Shown here piece by piece: positions 38,786 to 48,751 of a DNA stretch of 64,000 bases. The stretch covers positions 642,233 to 706,232 of the forward strand of contig JBILBF010000001.1 of assembly GCA_044353855.1 (NCBI GenBank). The letters are read 5' to 3'. Made by a program: the position numbers and the translations under genes. Each line of letters begins with the position of its first letter. Within the stretch, counting starts at the first letter, position 1. A model generated the notes under the pieces. The model searched no databases, had not been told where the DNA came from, and worked only from the letters and a program-made list of their open reading frames with translations. This stretch comes from Bacteroidia bacterium (GTDB lineage: Bacteria; Bacteroidota; Bacteroidia; UKL13-3).

Positions 38786-40087
38786 TTGCCTATTACTATG
38801 TTACGTATACTGCTTTTTTGTTTTGTAAATATATCTATTGTTACTGCCCAAAATAGGATAATGATAGATAGCTTAACTCATGTTTTAAAAACTGAAAAAA
38901 AGGATACTTCAAAAATTAATATATACAACTTACTCGCCTGGGAATACCACAATTCTAATATTACGCTTACTGATAGTTTTGCTTCATTGGCTATAACATT
39001 TGGGGAGAAAGAAAAATTTTGTAAAGGCTCAGGAAACGGGTATTTAAATAAATCATTTGTTTATAGAAATGCGGGTAATTATCCAGCAGCACTTCAAGCT
39101 TGTAGGTGGGCCCTTGTTCAGTTTTTAAAATGTGGATATAAGTTGGGTTATGCCTCCGCTTACAATAATATTGCGAGTATTCATTACTTGATGAGTAACC
39201 ACAGCACTGCCCAATTTTATTATTACCAATCTCTTAAAATATCGGAGTCGTTAGGAGATGAAAAAGGTACAGCTAGAACATTAAATAATATTGGTGTCGT
39301 ATTTATGGAACAACGTCAATATGATAAAGCATTAATTTATTTTAATAAAGCATATGCAATACTACAATCTCAAAATGACGATCAAGGCATGGCAGACTGT
39401 CTTAATAATATAGGCAGCATTTATCAATTCAAAAATGATACAAAACAGGCTGTAGAAAGTTATCAAAAATGTGCCGAAATAAATGCCATAGTTGGTGATA
39501 AAAAAGACGAATCGAGTGCAATCCATAATATAGGACTAGTATATTATGATCAACATGATTTTAAAAATGCTCTTACCTATTTTCATATATCATTAAGGCT
39601 TGATGAACAGTTAGGGAATATTCCTTCTATTATCCTTACTTATAATAGCATTGCAAATTGTTATATTAAATTATCGATGTATCATGCCGCGTTTAAGTAT
39701 GCAAATGAGGCTCTTCAATTAGCCTTAGGATTTAATATGAAAACTGAAATAATGAATGCTTATGAGTTATTATATAAAATTGAACAACAAAAAGGCAATT
39801 TCAAAAAAGCATTATCTTTTCATGAATTGTATAAGGCTTATAATGACTCCATTTACAATATAGAGACCAATGACAAAGTTGCTGAACTTGAAACTCAGTA
39901 TTTACAGGAGAAACAAGAAAAACAATCTCTGTTGAATACAAAAGAACAAGAAATTAACCTCATTCATTCTCAAGAAAAAGAACATGCTGTTACACAATAT
40001 ATTTTTATAATAGGGCTGGTGCTTATCATTTTTGTATCGTTGATTTATATTGTTTTTTTCTTGATAAGAAAGGTGAAATCATCTTGA
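38786..40087 (+). CDS. TPR-repeat protein with C-terminal transmembrane anchor
   Basis: Signal peptide; multiple TPR repeats (NNIASIHY..., LNNIGVVFMEQRQYDKAL...); coiled-coil; C-terminal TM IFIIGLVLIIFVSLIYIVFF. Confidence 0.65.
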   Translation: MPITMLRILLFCFVNISIVTAQNRIMIDSLTHVLKTEKKDTSKINIYNLLAWEYHNSNITLTDSFASLAITFGEKEKFCKGSGNGYLNKSFVYRNAGNYPAALQACRWALVQFLKCGYKLGYASAYNNIASIHYLMSNHSTAQFYYYQSLKISESLGDEKGTARTLNNIGVVFMEQRQYDKALIYFNKAYAILQSQNDDQGMADCLNNIGSIYQFKNDTKQAVESYQKCAEINAIVGDKKDESSAIHNIGLVYYDQHDFKNALTYFHISLRLDEQLGNIPSIILTYNSIANCYIKLSMYHAAFKYANEALQLALGFNMKTEIMNAYELLYKIEQQKGNFKKALSFHELYKAYNDSIYNIETNDKVAELETQYLQEKQEKQSLLNTKEQEINLIHSQEKEHAVTQYIFIIGLVLIIFVSLIYIVFFLIRKVKSS

Positions 40088-40170
40088 TTTTCAGTTAAAT
40101 AAAACGCAATTGTAATTTGCGTAAAAAAGCGCATATTTGCCCCACTTAAAAGCACAAATAGTAACAATTC

Positions 40171-41055
40171 ATGGCAGTATTAGTAGACAAAAATTCTAAA
40201 GTAATTGTGCAAGGTTTTACGGGAAGCGAAGGTAGCTTTCATGCACAACAAATGATTGAATATGGAACAAACCTAGTTGGTGGTGTAACACCAGGCAAAG
40301 GTGGCCAAACTCATTTAGACAAACCTGTATTTAACACAGTTAAAGAAGCAGTAGATAAAGCTGGAGCAAATACCTCCATTATTTTTGTGCCTCCTCCATT
40401 TGCAGCTGATGCAATTATGGAAGCAGCTGATGCTGGTATTAAAGTTATTGTCTGTATAACGGAAGGCATTCCAGTAAAAGATATGATTGATGCCAAAGAA
40501 TACATTAAAGGAAAAGAATGCACGTTAATTGGACCAAATTGTCCGGGTGTTATTACTCCTGGTCAAGCAAAGGTTGGTATCATGCCTGGTTTTGTTTTCA
40601 AGCAAGGTCGTATTGGTATTGTATCTAAGTCAGGTACTTTAACCTACGAAGCGGCAGATCAAATTGTGAAAGCTGGAATGGGAATTAGCACAGCCATTGG
40701 TATTGGAGGAGATCCTATTATTGGAACACCAACCAAAGGTGCAGTTGAATTATTAATGAACGACCCCGAAACGGATGCTATTGTTATGATTGGTGAAATA
40801 GGAGGAAACTATGAAGCTGATGCAGCACGTTGGATTAAAGAAACTGGAAACAAAAAGCCTGTAGTAGGATTTATAGCTGGACAAACTGCTCCTCCAGGTC
40901 GTAGAATGGGTCATGCTGGTGCAATTGTTGGAGGTCATGATGATACTGCTGCTGCTAAAATGGCTATTATGCGCGAGTGTGGTTTACATGTTGTCGAATC
41001 ACCAGCAGAGATTGGTTCTAAAATGTTGGAAGTATTAAGCGCAAAAGGAATATAA
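40171..41055 (+). CDS. sucD: succinate--CoA ligase [ADP-forming] subunit alpha
   Basis: [17 protein letters not shown], phospho-His region MGHAGAIV; 294 aa. Confidence 0.9.
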   Translation: MAVLVDKNSKVIVQGFTGSEGSFHAQQMIEYGTNLVGGVTPGKGGQTHLDKPVFNTVKEAVDKAGANTSIIFVPPPFAADAIMEAADAGIKVIVCITEGIPVKDMIDAKEYIKGKECTLIGPNCPGVITPGQAKVGIMPGFVFKQGRIGIVSKSGTLTYEAADQIVKAGMGISTAIGIGGDPIIGTPTKGAVELLMNDPETDAIVMIGEIGGNYEADAARWIKETGNKKPVVGFIAGQTAPPGRRMGHAGAIVGGHDDTAAAKMAIMRECGLHVVESPAEIGSKMLEVLSAKGI

Positions 41056-41078
41056 ATTTAATAATACGAATATAAATT

Positions 41079-41114
41079 AAGGCGTCTTACTATTTTAGTT
41101 GGACGCCTTTTTTA
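41079..41114. terminator. terminator between convergent sucD and downstream minus-strand gene
   Basis: ggcgtc ...loop... gacgcc followed by TTTTTT. Confidence 0.6.
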
Positions 41115-41552
41115 TTAGTCAAGAATGATATTTAAAGGTTGTCTGATTAAACTAATTTTTACTTCATTCAGAATTTCGGGAAAAAACGCTTCAATATTAA
41201 AATCAGATAATAAAACTGTAAAATCAAATGTGAGCAATGGAGGTTGATTATTTCCAGCTGAATTATTTTTTTGAAAAATACTATAGTTAGCAGGAGTAAG
41301 TATCCTAATACCATTTATTTTAGTGCTGCCATTTATCTTATGAGGGATATCAGTACGTTGATTGGATAACTCTTTACCTGGTTCTATTTGTAAATTACCC
41401 CTGTAAATTAATTTTTCATTATGCTCCTTTAGCTCGTTTGCCAATCCAATATTCTCTGTAGTAAAACTTCTTATTTTTACTTTAAGTATGAGTTCACCTG
41501 ATTGCATATTAATTTCAACAGTCGCTTCTTTTGAATGAACTGATATTGGCAA
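41115..41552 (-). CDS. hypothetical protein, probable lipoprotein (annotated TTG start; upstream in-frame extension has signal-peptide-like sequence but no ATG)
   Basis: Frame stays open to 41669 (…SLFFLLLLYSINIDCVAQ…), which suggests an unusual start codon; no motifs. Confidence 0.45.
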   Translation of the reverse strand: MPISVHSKEATVEINMQSGELILKVKIRSFTTENIGLANELKEHNEKLIYRGNLQIEPGKELSNQRTDIPHKINGSTKINGIRILTPANYSIFQKNNSAGNNQPPLLTFDFTVLLSDFNIEAFFPEILNEVKISLIRQPLNIILD

Positions 41553-41664
41553 AGAATCCTTTCCAACAGCATGAAATGTAACAGTACAATTTCGATAGGT
41601 TTGTGCTACACAGTCAATATTTATAGAGTATAAAAGGAGTAAAAAAAATAAGCTAATAGCTGTT

Positions 41665-42852
41665 TCAATTTAATACCCTTTTTAAGTCATTTAACAAATC
41701 ATCAATATCCTCAACACCTACACTAAGGCGCAATAAATTATCTACTACACCTGCAGCTTCTCGCTCAGCTTTGGGAATGCTAGCATGTGTCATAGTTGCC
41801 GGATGGTTTATTAAACTCTCAACTCCACCTAATGATTCTGCTAATGTAAACACTTCAAAAGATGAAGCAAATGTAAAAGTGTCTTCAATGGTTGCATTTT
41901 TGAGAACAATAGAAATCATTCCACCGAAATCACGCATTTGTTGTTTTGCAATTTCGTGATTAGGGTGATCAGTAAAACCTGGCCAGTATACTTTTTCAAT
42001 TTTGGGATGTGTTTTCAAAAATTCAGCAATGACTCTACCGTTTGCACAATGCGCTTTCATTCGCAAATGCAATGTTTTTATGCCGCGTAATGCTAAAAAT
42101 GAATCCATTGGTCCTGGTGTAGCTCCACAAGAGTTATGGATAAAAGCCAATTGTTCGTATAAAGAATCATCACTAGTAAGCAAAGCACCCATCACTAAAT
42201 CACTATGCCCACCTATGTATTTGGTAACACTATGCATCACAATATCAGCACCCAAATCCAAAGGGTTTTGCAAGTATGGCGAAGCAAACGTATTATCAAC
42301 AGCATAAATTAATTTGTGTTGTTTAGCTATTACTCCGCATGCGTGAATATCAATTATCTGCATTGTTGGATTGGTTGGGGTTTCAATCCAAAGTAATTTG
42401 GTTTTATCGTTTACATATGAGCTAATATTTGCTGGATTGCTTAAATCAATAAAATGAAATTTGATTCCATAATTAGCAAAAACCTTTGTAAACATCCGAT
42501 AGGTTCCACCATATAAATCATTGCCTGTAATAACTTCATCACCTGGTCTTAACATTTTGATTACAGCATCAGTTGCACCCATTCCACTGCTAAAGGCCAA
42601 TCCATATGTTGCGTTTTCTAAAGCAGCTAAGCAGGCTTCTAATGCACTACGTGTTGGGTTTTTGCCACGAGCATATGCATATCCTTTGTGTTTACCCGGG
42701 CTTTCTTGCGCATAGGTTGACGTTTGGTAAATTGGAGTCATTACAGCGCCAGTTGTTGGATCAGGTTGTTGGCCTGCATGTATGGCTTTGGTTCCAAAAC
42801 CTAGTTTTGATGTATCTTTCATGTTTAAAACAATCTCAATTTCAGTTGGCAA
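41665..42852 (-). CDS. PLP-dependent Cys/Met metabolism enzyme (cystathionine gamma-synthase / gamma-lyase family); probable start at MKDTS (42822)
   Basis: GTKAIHAG...MTPIYQTSTY and the PLP-lysine region of the CGS/CBL/MGL family. Confidence 0.85.
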   Translation of the reverse strand: MPTEIEIVLNMKDTSKLGFGTKAIHAGQQPDPTTGAVMTPIYQTSTYAQESPGKHKGYAYARGKNPTRSALEACLAALENATYGLAFSSGMGATDAVIKMLRPGDEVITGNDLYGGTYRMFTKVFANYGIKFHFIDLSNPANISSYVNDKTKLLWIETPTNPTMQIIDIHACGVIAKQHKLIYAVDNTFASPYLQNPLDLGADIVMHSVTKYIGGHSDLVMGALLTSDDSLYEQLAFIHNSCGATPGPMDSFLALRGIKTLHLRMKAHCANGRVIAEFLKTHPKIEKVYWPGFTDHPNHEIAKQQMRDFGGMISIVLKNATIEDTFTFASSFEVFTLAESLGGVESLINHPATMTHASIPKAEREAAGVVDNLLRLSVGVEDIDDLLNDLKRVLN

Positions 42853-42955
42853 ATCTAAGATTTATATTGAGTTATATACTGTTAGAAATTTATCAACAAT
42901 TGATTTGCTACTTTCGAAAATAGAATTACTTTTAACCTCATAATTAGAAGCTATT

Positions 42956-43321
42956 ATGCCAACTCAATTTATTAAAAAAATGAACAAAACCGAAGCTGGT
43001 TTTCATCTCCTTACATTATTGTCTCTTGCAGATGGTCATATTCATGCTGAAGAAGCAACTGTTATTTTAGATTTTTTGAACGACCATTTTAAAGATAATA
43101 TAGATTTAATAAAGGAGCAAGCATTTCTGCGTGCATTACCAATAGCAGAATACGAAAATCATTTTACAGAAACAGCAGAACATTTTTATTCGTTAAGCAA
43201 TGAAGATGAAAGGCACACGATTACTCATTTTGCTATGGAGGTAGTAATGGCCGATGATGCATTAGGTAATCATGAAAATACATTAATTACTAAATTATAC
43301 GACTGTTGGGCAATTGAATAG
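42956..43321 (+). CDS. TerB-like domain protein (hypothetical, 121 aa)
   Basis: Helical bundle pattern LLTLLSLADGHIHAEEATVILDFL...FAMEVVMADDALGNHENTLITKL resembles the TerB/DjlA-N fold. Confidence 0.5.
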   Translation: MPTQFIKKMNKTEAGFHLLTLLSLADGHIHAEEATVILDFLNDHFKDNIDLIKEQAFLRALPIAEYENHFTETAEHFYSLSNEDERHTITHFAMEVVMADDALGNHENTLITKLYDCWAIE

Positions 43322-43379
43322 TAGAAAGAGTTACCTATACTCGTTCAAACATTACATTAGTCACTTTTTACATTTATAA

Positions 43380-44210
43380 ATGGAAGCTTATTTTGAGTTT
43401 ACGATACGTTGCAATAATGATTTAAGAGAACAGCTTATTGCAGAGTTTGCAGATGAAGAATATGAAGGGTTTATTGAAACTGAAACGGGATTTTCTGCCT
43501 ATATTATTGCATCCGCGTTTAAGCGAGATATTTTTGAACAAGTATTGTTAAAATATGAAATAGATCCTAATTCAGTTGCTCAAAGTCATATTGAACAACA
43601 AAATTGGAATGCACAATGGGAAGCAGGATATGAACCCATTATTATTGAAAACAATGTCATTGTCAAAGCACCTTTTCATCAAATTGATAAAAAATATCCA
43701 TACGAATTATGGATTCAGCCTAAAAACACTTTTGGTACTGGACACCATGAAACAACTCAATTGATGTTGCGTTTGATGTTGCAGGTAAACATGAAAGATA
43801 AAAAGGTTTTTGATTATGGAAGTGGTACAGGTGTTTTAGCCATCATGGCCAGTAAAATGGATGCCTCATCTATTTTTGCTATAGATATTGATGATTGGAG
43901 TGCTGAAAATATTTTTGAAAACACCCAACTGAATAGTATTGAAAATATACAATTTGAACAAGGAGATTTAAACAGCGTAAAGCCTCAAAAATTTGACGTA
44001 ATTCTAGCCAATATTAATAAAAATATATTGCTATTTAGTTTTGCGCAATTAGCACCACTTACCGCCAACAATGGAACGTTACTTATTAGTGGATTTTATG
44101 AAAACGACCTGAACGATTTAAAAGCATCGGCTTTTATTTCAGGGTTTATATTTCAAGATTATATAACACTTAATAATTGGTGTGCAGCAACTTTTAAAAA
44201 TCAACAATAG
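43380..44210 (+). CDS. prmA: ribosomal protein L11 methyltransferase
   Basis: VFDYGSGTGVLAI SAM motif with PrmA-type N-terminal domain. Confidence 0.85.
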   Translation: MEAYFEFTIRCNNDLREQLIAEFADEEYEGFIETETGFSAYIIASAFKRDIFEQVLLKYEIDPNSVAQSHIEQQNWNAQWEAGYEPIIIENNVIVKAPFHQIDKKYPYELWIQPKNTFGTGHHETTQLMLRLMLQVNMKDKKVFDYGSGTGVLAIMASKMDASSIFAIDIDDWSAENIFENTQLNSIENIQFEQGDLNSVKPQKFDVILANINKNILLFSFAQLAPLTANNGTLLISGFYENDLNDLKASAFISGFIFQDYITLNNWCAATFKNQQ

Positions 44211-44298
44211 TTAGTGTATACTTTTTTGTGGGTGTTATTAATATAGTAAAAAAACTCCTATCACCATAATATCATAACCAACAATAACCTTAAAACAT

Positions 44299-45492
44299 AT
44301 GTACGGAAAACTCAAACAACATCTTCAAAACGAATTAACAGATATTGAATCCGCTGGTTTATATAAAAACGAACGCATTATAGCTTCTGAACAAGGTGCA
44401 GAAATAACACTTACATCTGGTGAAAAAGTGTTAAATTTTTGTGCTAATAATTATTTAGGCCTTTCTTCACATCCCAGGGTTAAAGAGGCTGCAAAAAAAG
44501 CAATAGATTCACATGGTTTCGGAATGAGTTCAGTTAGGTTTATCTGTGGAACTCAAGATATTCATAAGGAATTGGAAAAAACCATTGCTACATTTTATGG
44601 AACAGAAGATACCATATTGTATGCAGCAGCTTTTGATGCAAATGGAGGGATTTTTGAACCATTGTTTCAAGAAGCGGATGCGATTATAAGTGATTCATTA
44701 AACCATGCTAGTATTATTGATGGTGTGCGACTTTGCAAAGCGCAGCGATACCGTTACAATAATAATGATATGGCCGATTTGGAAACGCAATTGGTAGCTG
44801 CTACTGAAAAAGGTGCAAGGTTTAAAATTATTGTTACTGATGGTGTGTTTAGCATGGATGGTTATGTTGCCCAAATGGATAAAATTTGTGATTTGGCCGA
44901 TAAGTATGATGCATTGGTTATGACCGATGAATGCCACAGTGCTGGGTTTATTGGAAAAACAGGTAGAGGAGTTCCAGAGTATTGTAATGTAATGGATCGA
45001 GTAGATATTATTACGGGAACTTTAGGTAAAGCATTAGGTGGAGCAATGGGCGGATATACTACCGGTCGCAAAGAAGTTATTGAATTGTTACGACAACGTT
45101 CTCGCCCATATTTATTCTCTAATTCTTTAGCACCTTCAATTGTTGGTGCTAGTATTGAGGTGTTTAAATTATTAAATGAAAGCACTGCTTTGCGCGATAC
45201 GTTGGAGAAAAATGTTAATCAGTTTAAAGCGGGAATGCAAGCTGCAGGTTTTGATTTACGTGGTGGTGCTTCAGCAATCGTACCCGTAATGTTGTATGAT
45301 GCAAAATTAGCACAAACCTTTGCACATAAATTGTTAGCAGAAGGAATTTATGTAATCGGATTTTTTTATCCAGTTGTTCCAAAAGATTTAGCACGTATTA
45401 GGGTTCAACTTTCTGCTGCTCACGAACCTGCACATATTGATAAAGCAATTGCGGCTTTTATTAAGATTGGTAAAGAGTTAAATGTAATTTAA
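44299..45492 (+). CDS. kbl: glycine C-acetyltransferase (2-amino-3-ketobutyrate CoA ligase)
   Basis: Alpha-oxoamine synthase family; PLP-Lys region TGTLGKALGGAMGG; 397 aa. Confidence 0.9.
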   Translation: MYGKLKQHLQNELTDIESAGLYKNERIIASEQGAEITLTSGEKVLNFCANNYLGLSSHPRVKEAAKKAIDSHGFGMSSVRFICGTQDIHKELEKTIATFYGTEDTILYAAAFDANGGIFEPLFQEADAIISDSLNHASIIDGVRLCKAQRYRYNNNDMADLETQLVAATEKGARFKIIVTDGVFSMDGYVAQMDKICDLADKYDALVMTDECHSAGFIGKTGRGVPEYCNVMDRVDIITGTLGKALGGAMGGYTTGRKEVIELLRQRSRPYLFSNSLAPSIVGASIEVFKLLNESTALRDTLEKNVNQFKAGMQAAGFDLRGGASAIVPVMLYDAKLAQTFAHKLLAEGIYVIGFFYPVVPKDLARIRVQLSAAHEPAHIDKAIAAFIKIGKELNVI

Positions 45493-45685
45493 TAGCATAT
45501 GATTAACATCAGATTAATCATTAACATGTATTTATATTGTTTATAATCAACAAACTACGTTAGTTTAATTTTCTTATTTAACATTCAATTAACGTCTAAT
45601 TGATATTGAATTAACTTAACATTAATGTTTGGTTAACTGTTGACAAGCATTCGAAAGATACTTTTGTCGTACTATAATTTCACAC

Positions 45686-48598
45686 ATGAAAACAGTTCGA
45701 CTTAAGTATCTTTTTTTGTTATTAATCAGTACAATAGCTTTTGCAATTAATGCACAAACAGGTCGTATTGGAGGTAAAATAATTGACAAAAAAACAGGAG
45801 AAGAATTAATTGGCGTATCTGTTCAAATTGAAGGCACAAGTATTGGTGCTGTAACCGATTATGAAGGAAAGTTTGTGATCAATAATATTCAGCCAGGCAC
45901 CTATAATTTATTGGTTACATACATATCGTATTCAAAAAAGAATATAAAAGCGGTAGAGGTTAAAGCAAAAGAAACTACAACAATCAATTCTTCATTAGAA
46001 GAATCTTCTAACGATTTAAATGAGGTAGTTATACAAGCTGAGTTTAAAAAAGAATCAGCAAATGCGTTACTTATTCAGCAAAAAAATGCCGTTTCAGTTT
46101 CGAGTGGTGTTTCTGCCGATTTAATTAAAAAAACACCAGATAGAACTACTGCAGATGTAGTCAAACGGATTAGTGGTGCATCGGTTCAGGATGGAAAATT
46201 CGCCATTGTACGTGGATTAACGGATAGATATAATTCTGCTTTTATCAATGGCGCTCCAATGCCAAGCACCGAAAGTGATCGTAAAGCATTTTCGTTGGAT
46301 TTAATTCCTGCAGCAGTAATTGATAATATGATGATTCAAAAAACAGCTACTCCTGATATGCCTGGTGATTTTGCTGGTGGATTTATTGGAATCAATACAA
46401 AAGATATTCCTGAAGAAAGTAGTTTTTTTGTGGGAATGAGCGGTCAATACCATTCTATTACTACATTTAAAGAAGGTATACAAGGGCCAAAAAGTAAAAC
46501 GGATTGGTTAGCTTATGATGGCGGAACACGCACTATCCCTTCTGATGTAATGAGCACTGAAGAATCTACTAACAATAACTCGTTTGCCAATAATATTAAT
46601 GACACCAAAAAATTCAACAACGATTATTCATTTAAAACGGTAAACTCTTTTCGCCCAAATATAAGTTTTCAATTGGGAGGTTCTAAGCGTTTTCAAGTTG
46701 GCGAAAAAGACCAATTAGGTATTATTGGAACTGCTTATTATAATAATAGTTTTAAAGCAACACCATTAACTACAGCATCTCCACGCCAAATTGGTGTAAA
46801 TCAAACAGAAGTTAATCAAAATGATAGCGATGGGTTGTTTTACACTATTGCTAATTACAGACAAACGGTTGCAATAGGAGGTATTTTTAATATTTCCTAT
46901 AAACTTGGAAACAACAGTAAGTTTACGTTCAAAAATTTATACACCCGTAATGCAGAAGACCAAACAATAAATAGAACAGGTTACGGAACGGATCCTAACA
47001 ATCCTCAATTGGCTCAACAATATGATGATTACATTTTCTCTTACCAATCAAGTAGCATGTATTCTACCCAACTTTCAGGCGAACATTTAATTCCATCAGC
47101 AAAAATTAAAGTAAAATATATTGGTAGCTTTAATAATATCCATAGAGAGATGCCTGACTTTAGAAGATTGATGTACCAAAGCAATAAAAATAATGCAATT
47201 GACGCCAATACTGGTTTAGCTATTGATTCAGCTTACAGCAAACCGGTAGCTTCTATTTTGCCCAATGCGCGTACATTTACTCCTTTAAATTCTGGCCGTT
47301 TTTCTTCAATTTTGGACGAACAAAGTTGCCACGCAGGGTATGATGTAGCTATTCCGTTTAAGTTGTTTAAAAAATCGGAAGTAAAAGTTGGAGGTTACCA
47401 CCAAATAAGAACTCGCGCATTTAATGCTAGAACTTTTATGTACAGCATTGATGATAATAATAAAGACCAAGGTAGATTGGATAGTTTGCAAAATGTAAGT
47501 TCGGGTCAAATTTTCAACAATCAAAATATTGATTCGGCTACTTATTTTCAGAAAGAAACAACCCAAGGATCAGACCAATATGATGCAAGCTCAAAATTGC
47601 ATGCAGGATATGTAATGTTGGATAATAAAATTACCAGTAGACTGAGATTAATTTGGGGCGCTCGTGTTGAAAGTTATAACCAAAAAATAAGTTCTGAAGC
47701 TCAAGGTGCACAGCAAAAAGTTGATACTACCGTGGTGGATATTTTACCTTCAGTGAATGTGGTATATGAACTAACAGATAAAATTAATGTTAGAGCAAGT
47801 TTTGCCAAAACGGTTTCTCGTCCTGAGTTTCGTGAGTTTGCTCAACTTGCCTTTTACGAAGTAAATGCTAATGCGATTATTACTGGAAATCCATTTTTGA
47901 TTCGGACCCAAATTTATAATTATGATTTAAAGTTTGAATGGTATCCTAGTGCAGGGCAAACATTTTCTGTCAATCCTTTTTACAAATATTTTGTCAATCC
48001 AATTGAAAATACGGTAAACCCATTACAAGGAGGACTAAGAGGTTTTGGTTATCAGAATGCACCTTCAGCTCAAAGTTTAGGAGTAGAGTTTGAAGCACGT
48101 TTTAATATTGGTGCTTTGATAAAAGCGGAACAACGTTCATTATGGAACAGAATAGGTGTTTTTTCTAACCTAGCGTTAATTAATTCAACTGTTAAACTAG
48201 CCGATCCAATTGCTGGTCAACAAGATGTTGTGAATAGTCGTCCGCTTCAAGGTCAATCACCTTATGTATTTAATGCAGGGTTAAACTATAATAATATTGA
48301 AAAGGGATTTGATGTAAGTGTAAATGCAAATAGAGTTGGAAGAAGAATTGCTTATGTAGCCAACAACAATCGTTTTATGATTTGGGAAAATCCACGTACC
48401 GTAGTTGATATGAGTGTGTCAAAAACGTTTAAGAAAAAACTGCAAATGAAATTTATTGTAGGTGATTTATTGGCTCAAGACCTTGTTTTTTACCAAGACC
48501 TAAACAAAAATGGCAAGTATGAAAACGGACAAGATGTTGGGTTTAATGTTTGGAGAAACGGTTTTACCACAACGTTGAGTTTTACGTATAACTTTTAA
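45686..48598 (+). CDS. TonB-dependent outer-membrane receptor with N-terminal CarboxypepD_reg domain
   Basis: Signal peptide; GRIGGKIIDKKTGEELIGVSVQIEGT (carboxypeptidase-regulatory-like); plug region; C-terminal SFTYNF terminal Phe. Confidence 0.85.
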   Translation: MKTVRLKYLFLLLISTIAFAINAQTGRIGGKIIDKKTGEELIGVSVQIEGTSIGAVTDYEGKFVINNIQPGTYNLLVTYISYSKKNIKAVEVKAKETTTINSSLEESSNDLNEVVIQAEFKKESANALLIQQKNAVSVSSGVSADLIKKTPDRTTADVVKRISGASVQDGKFAIVRGLTDRYNSAFINGAPMPSTESDRKAFSLDLIPAAVIDNMMIQKTATPDMPGDFAGGFIGINTKDIPEESSFFVGMSGQYHSITTFKEGIQGPKSKTDWLAYDGGTRTIPSDVMSTEESTNNNSFANNINDTKKFNNDYSFKTVNSFRPNISFQLGGSKRFQVGEKDQLGIIGTAYYNNSFKATPLTTASPRQIGVNQTEVNQNDSDGLFYTIANYRQTVAIGGIFNISYKLGNNSKFTFKNLYTRNAEDQTINRTGYGTDPNNPQLAQQYDDYIFSYQSSSMYSTQLSGEHLIPSAKIKVKYIGSFNNIHREMPDFRRLMYQSNKNNAIDANTGLAIDSAYSKPVASILPNARTFTPLNSGRFSSILDEQSCHAGYDVAIPFKLFKKSEVKVGGYHQIRTRAFNARTFMYSIDDNNKDQGRLDSLQNVSSGQIFNNQNIDSATYFQKETTQGSDQYDASSKLHAGYVMLDNKITSRLRLIWGARVESYNQKISSEAQGAQQKVDTTVVDILPSVNVVYELTDKINVRASFAKTVSRPEFREFAQLAFYEVNANAIITGNPFLIRTQIYNYDLKFEWYPSAGQTFSVNPFYKYFVNPIENTVNPLQGGLRGFGYQNAPSAQSLGVEFEARFNIGALIKAEQRSLWNRIGVFSNLALINSTVKLADPIAGQQDVVNSRPLQGQSPYVFNAGLNYNNIEKGFDVSVNANRVGRRIAYVANNNRFMIWENPRTVVDMSVSKTFKKKLQMKFIVGDLLAQDLVFYQDLNKNGKYENGQDVGFNVWRNGFTTTLSFTYNF

Positions 48599-48615
48599 TA
48601 AAAATAGATATTAAA

Positions 48616-48646
48616 AAGTCTCGGGGATGAGCCGAGACTTTTTTTA
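48616..48646 (+). terminator. rho-independent terminator after the TBDR
   Basis: gtctcgg ggatgag ccgagac + TTTTTTT. Confidence 0.75.
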
Positions 48647-48751
48647 TGCCTAAAATTTTGGTACATAACATTAGTTTAATAATGCATTTACACAAGGTTC
48701 ATGTTACCGTAACATTATCATGAAGCACCTCGGTTAAACTTGTGGCATTAA

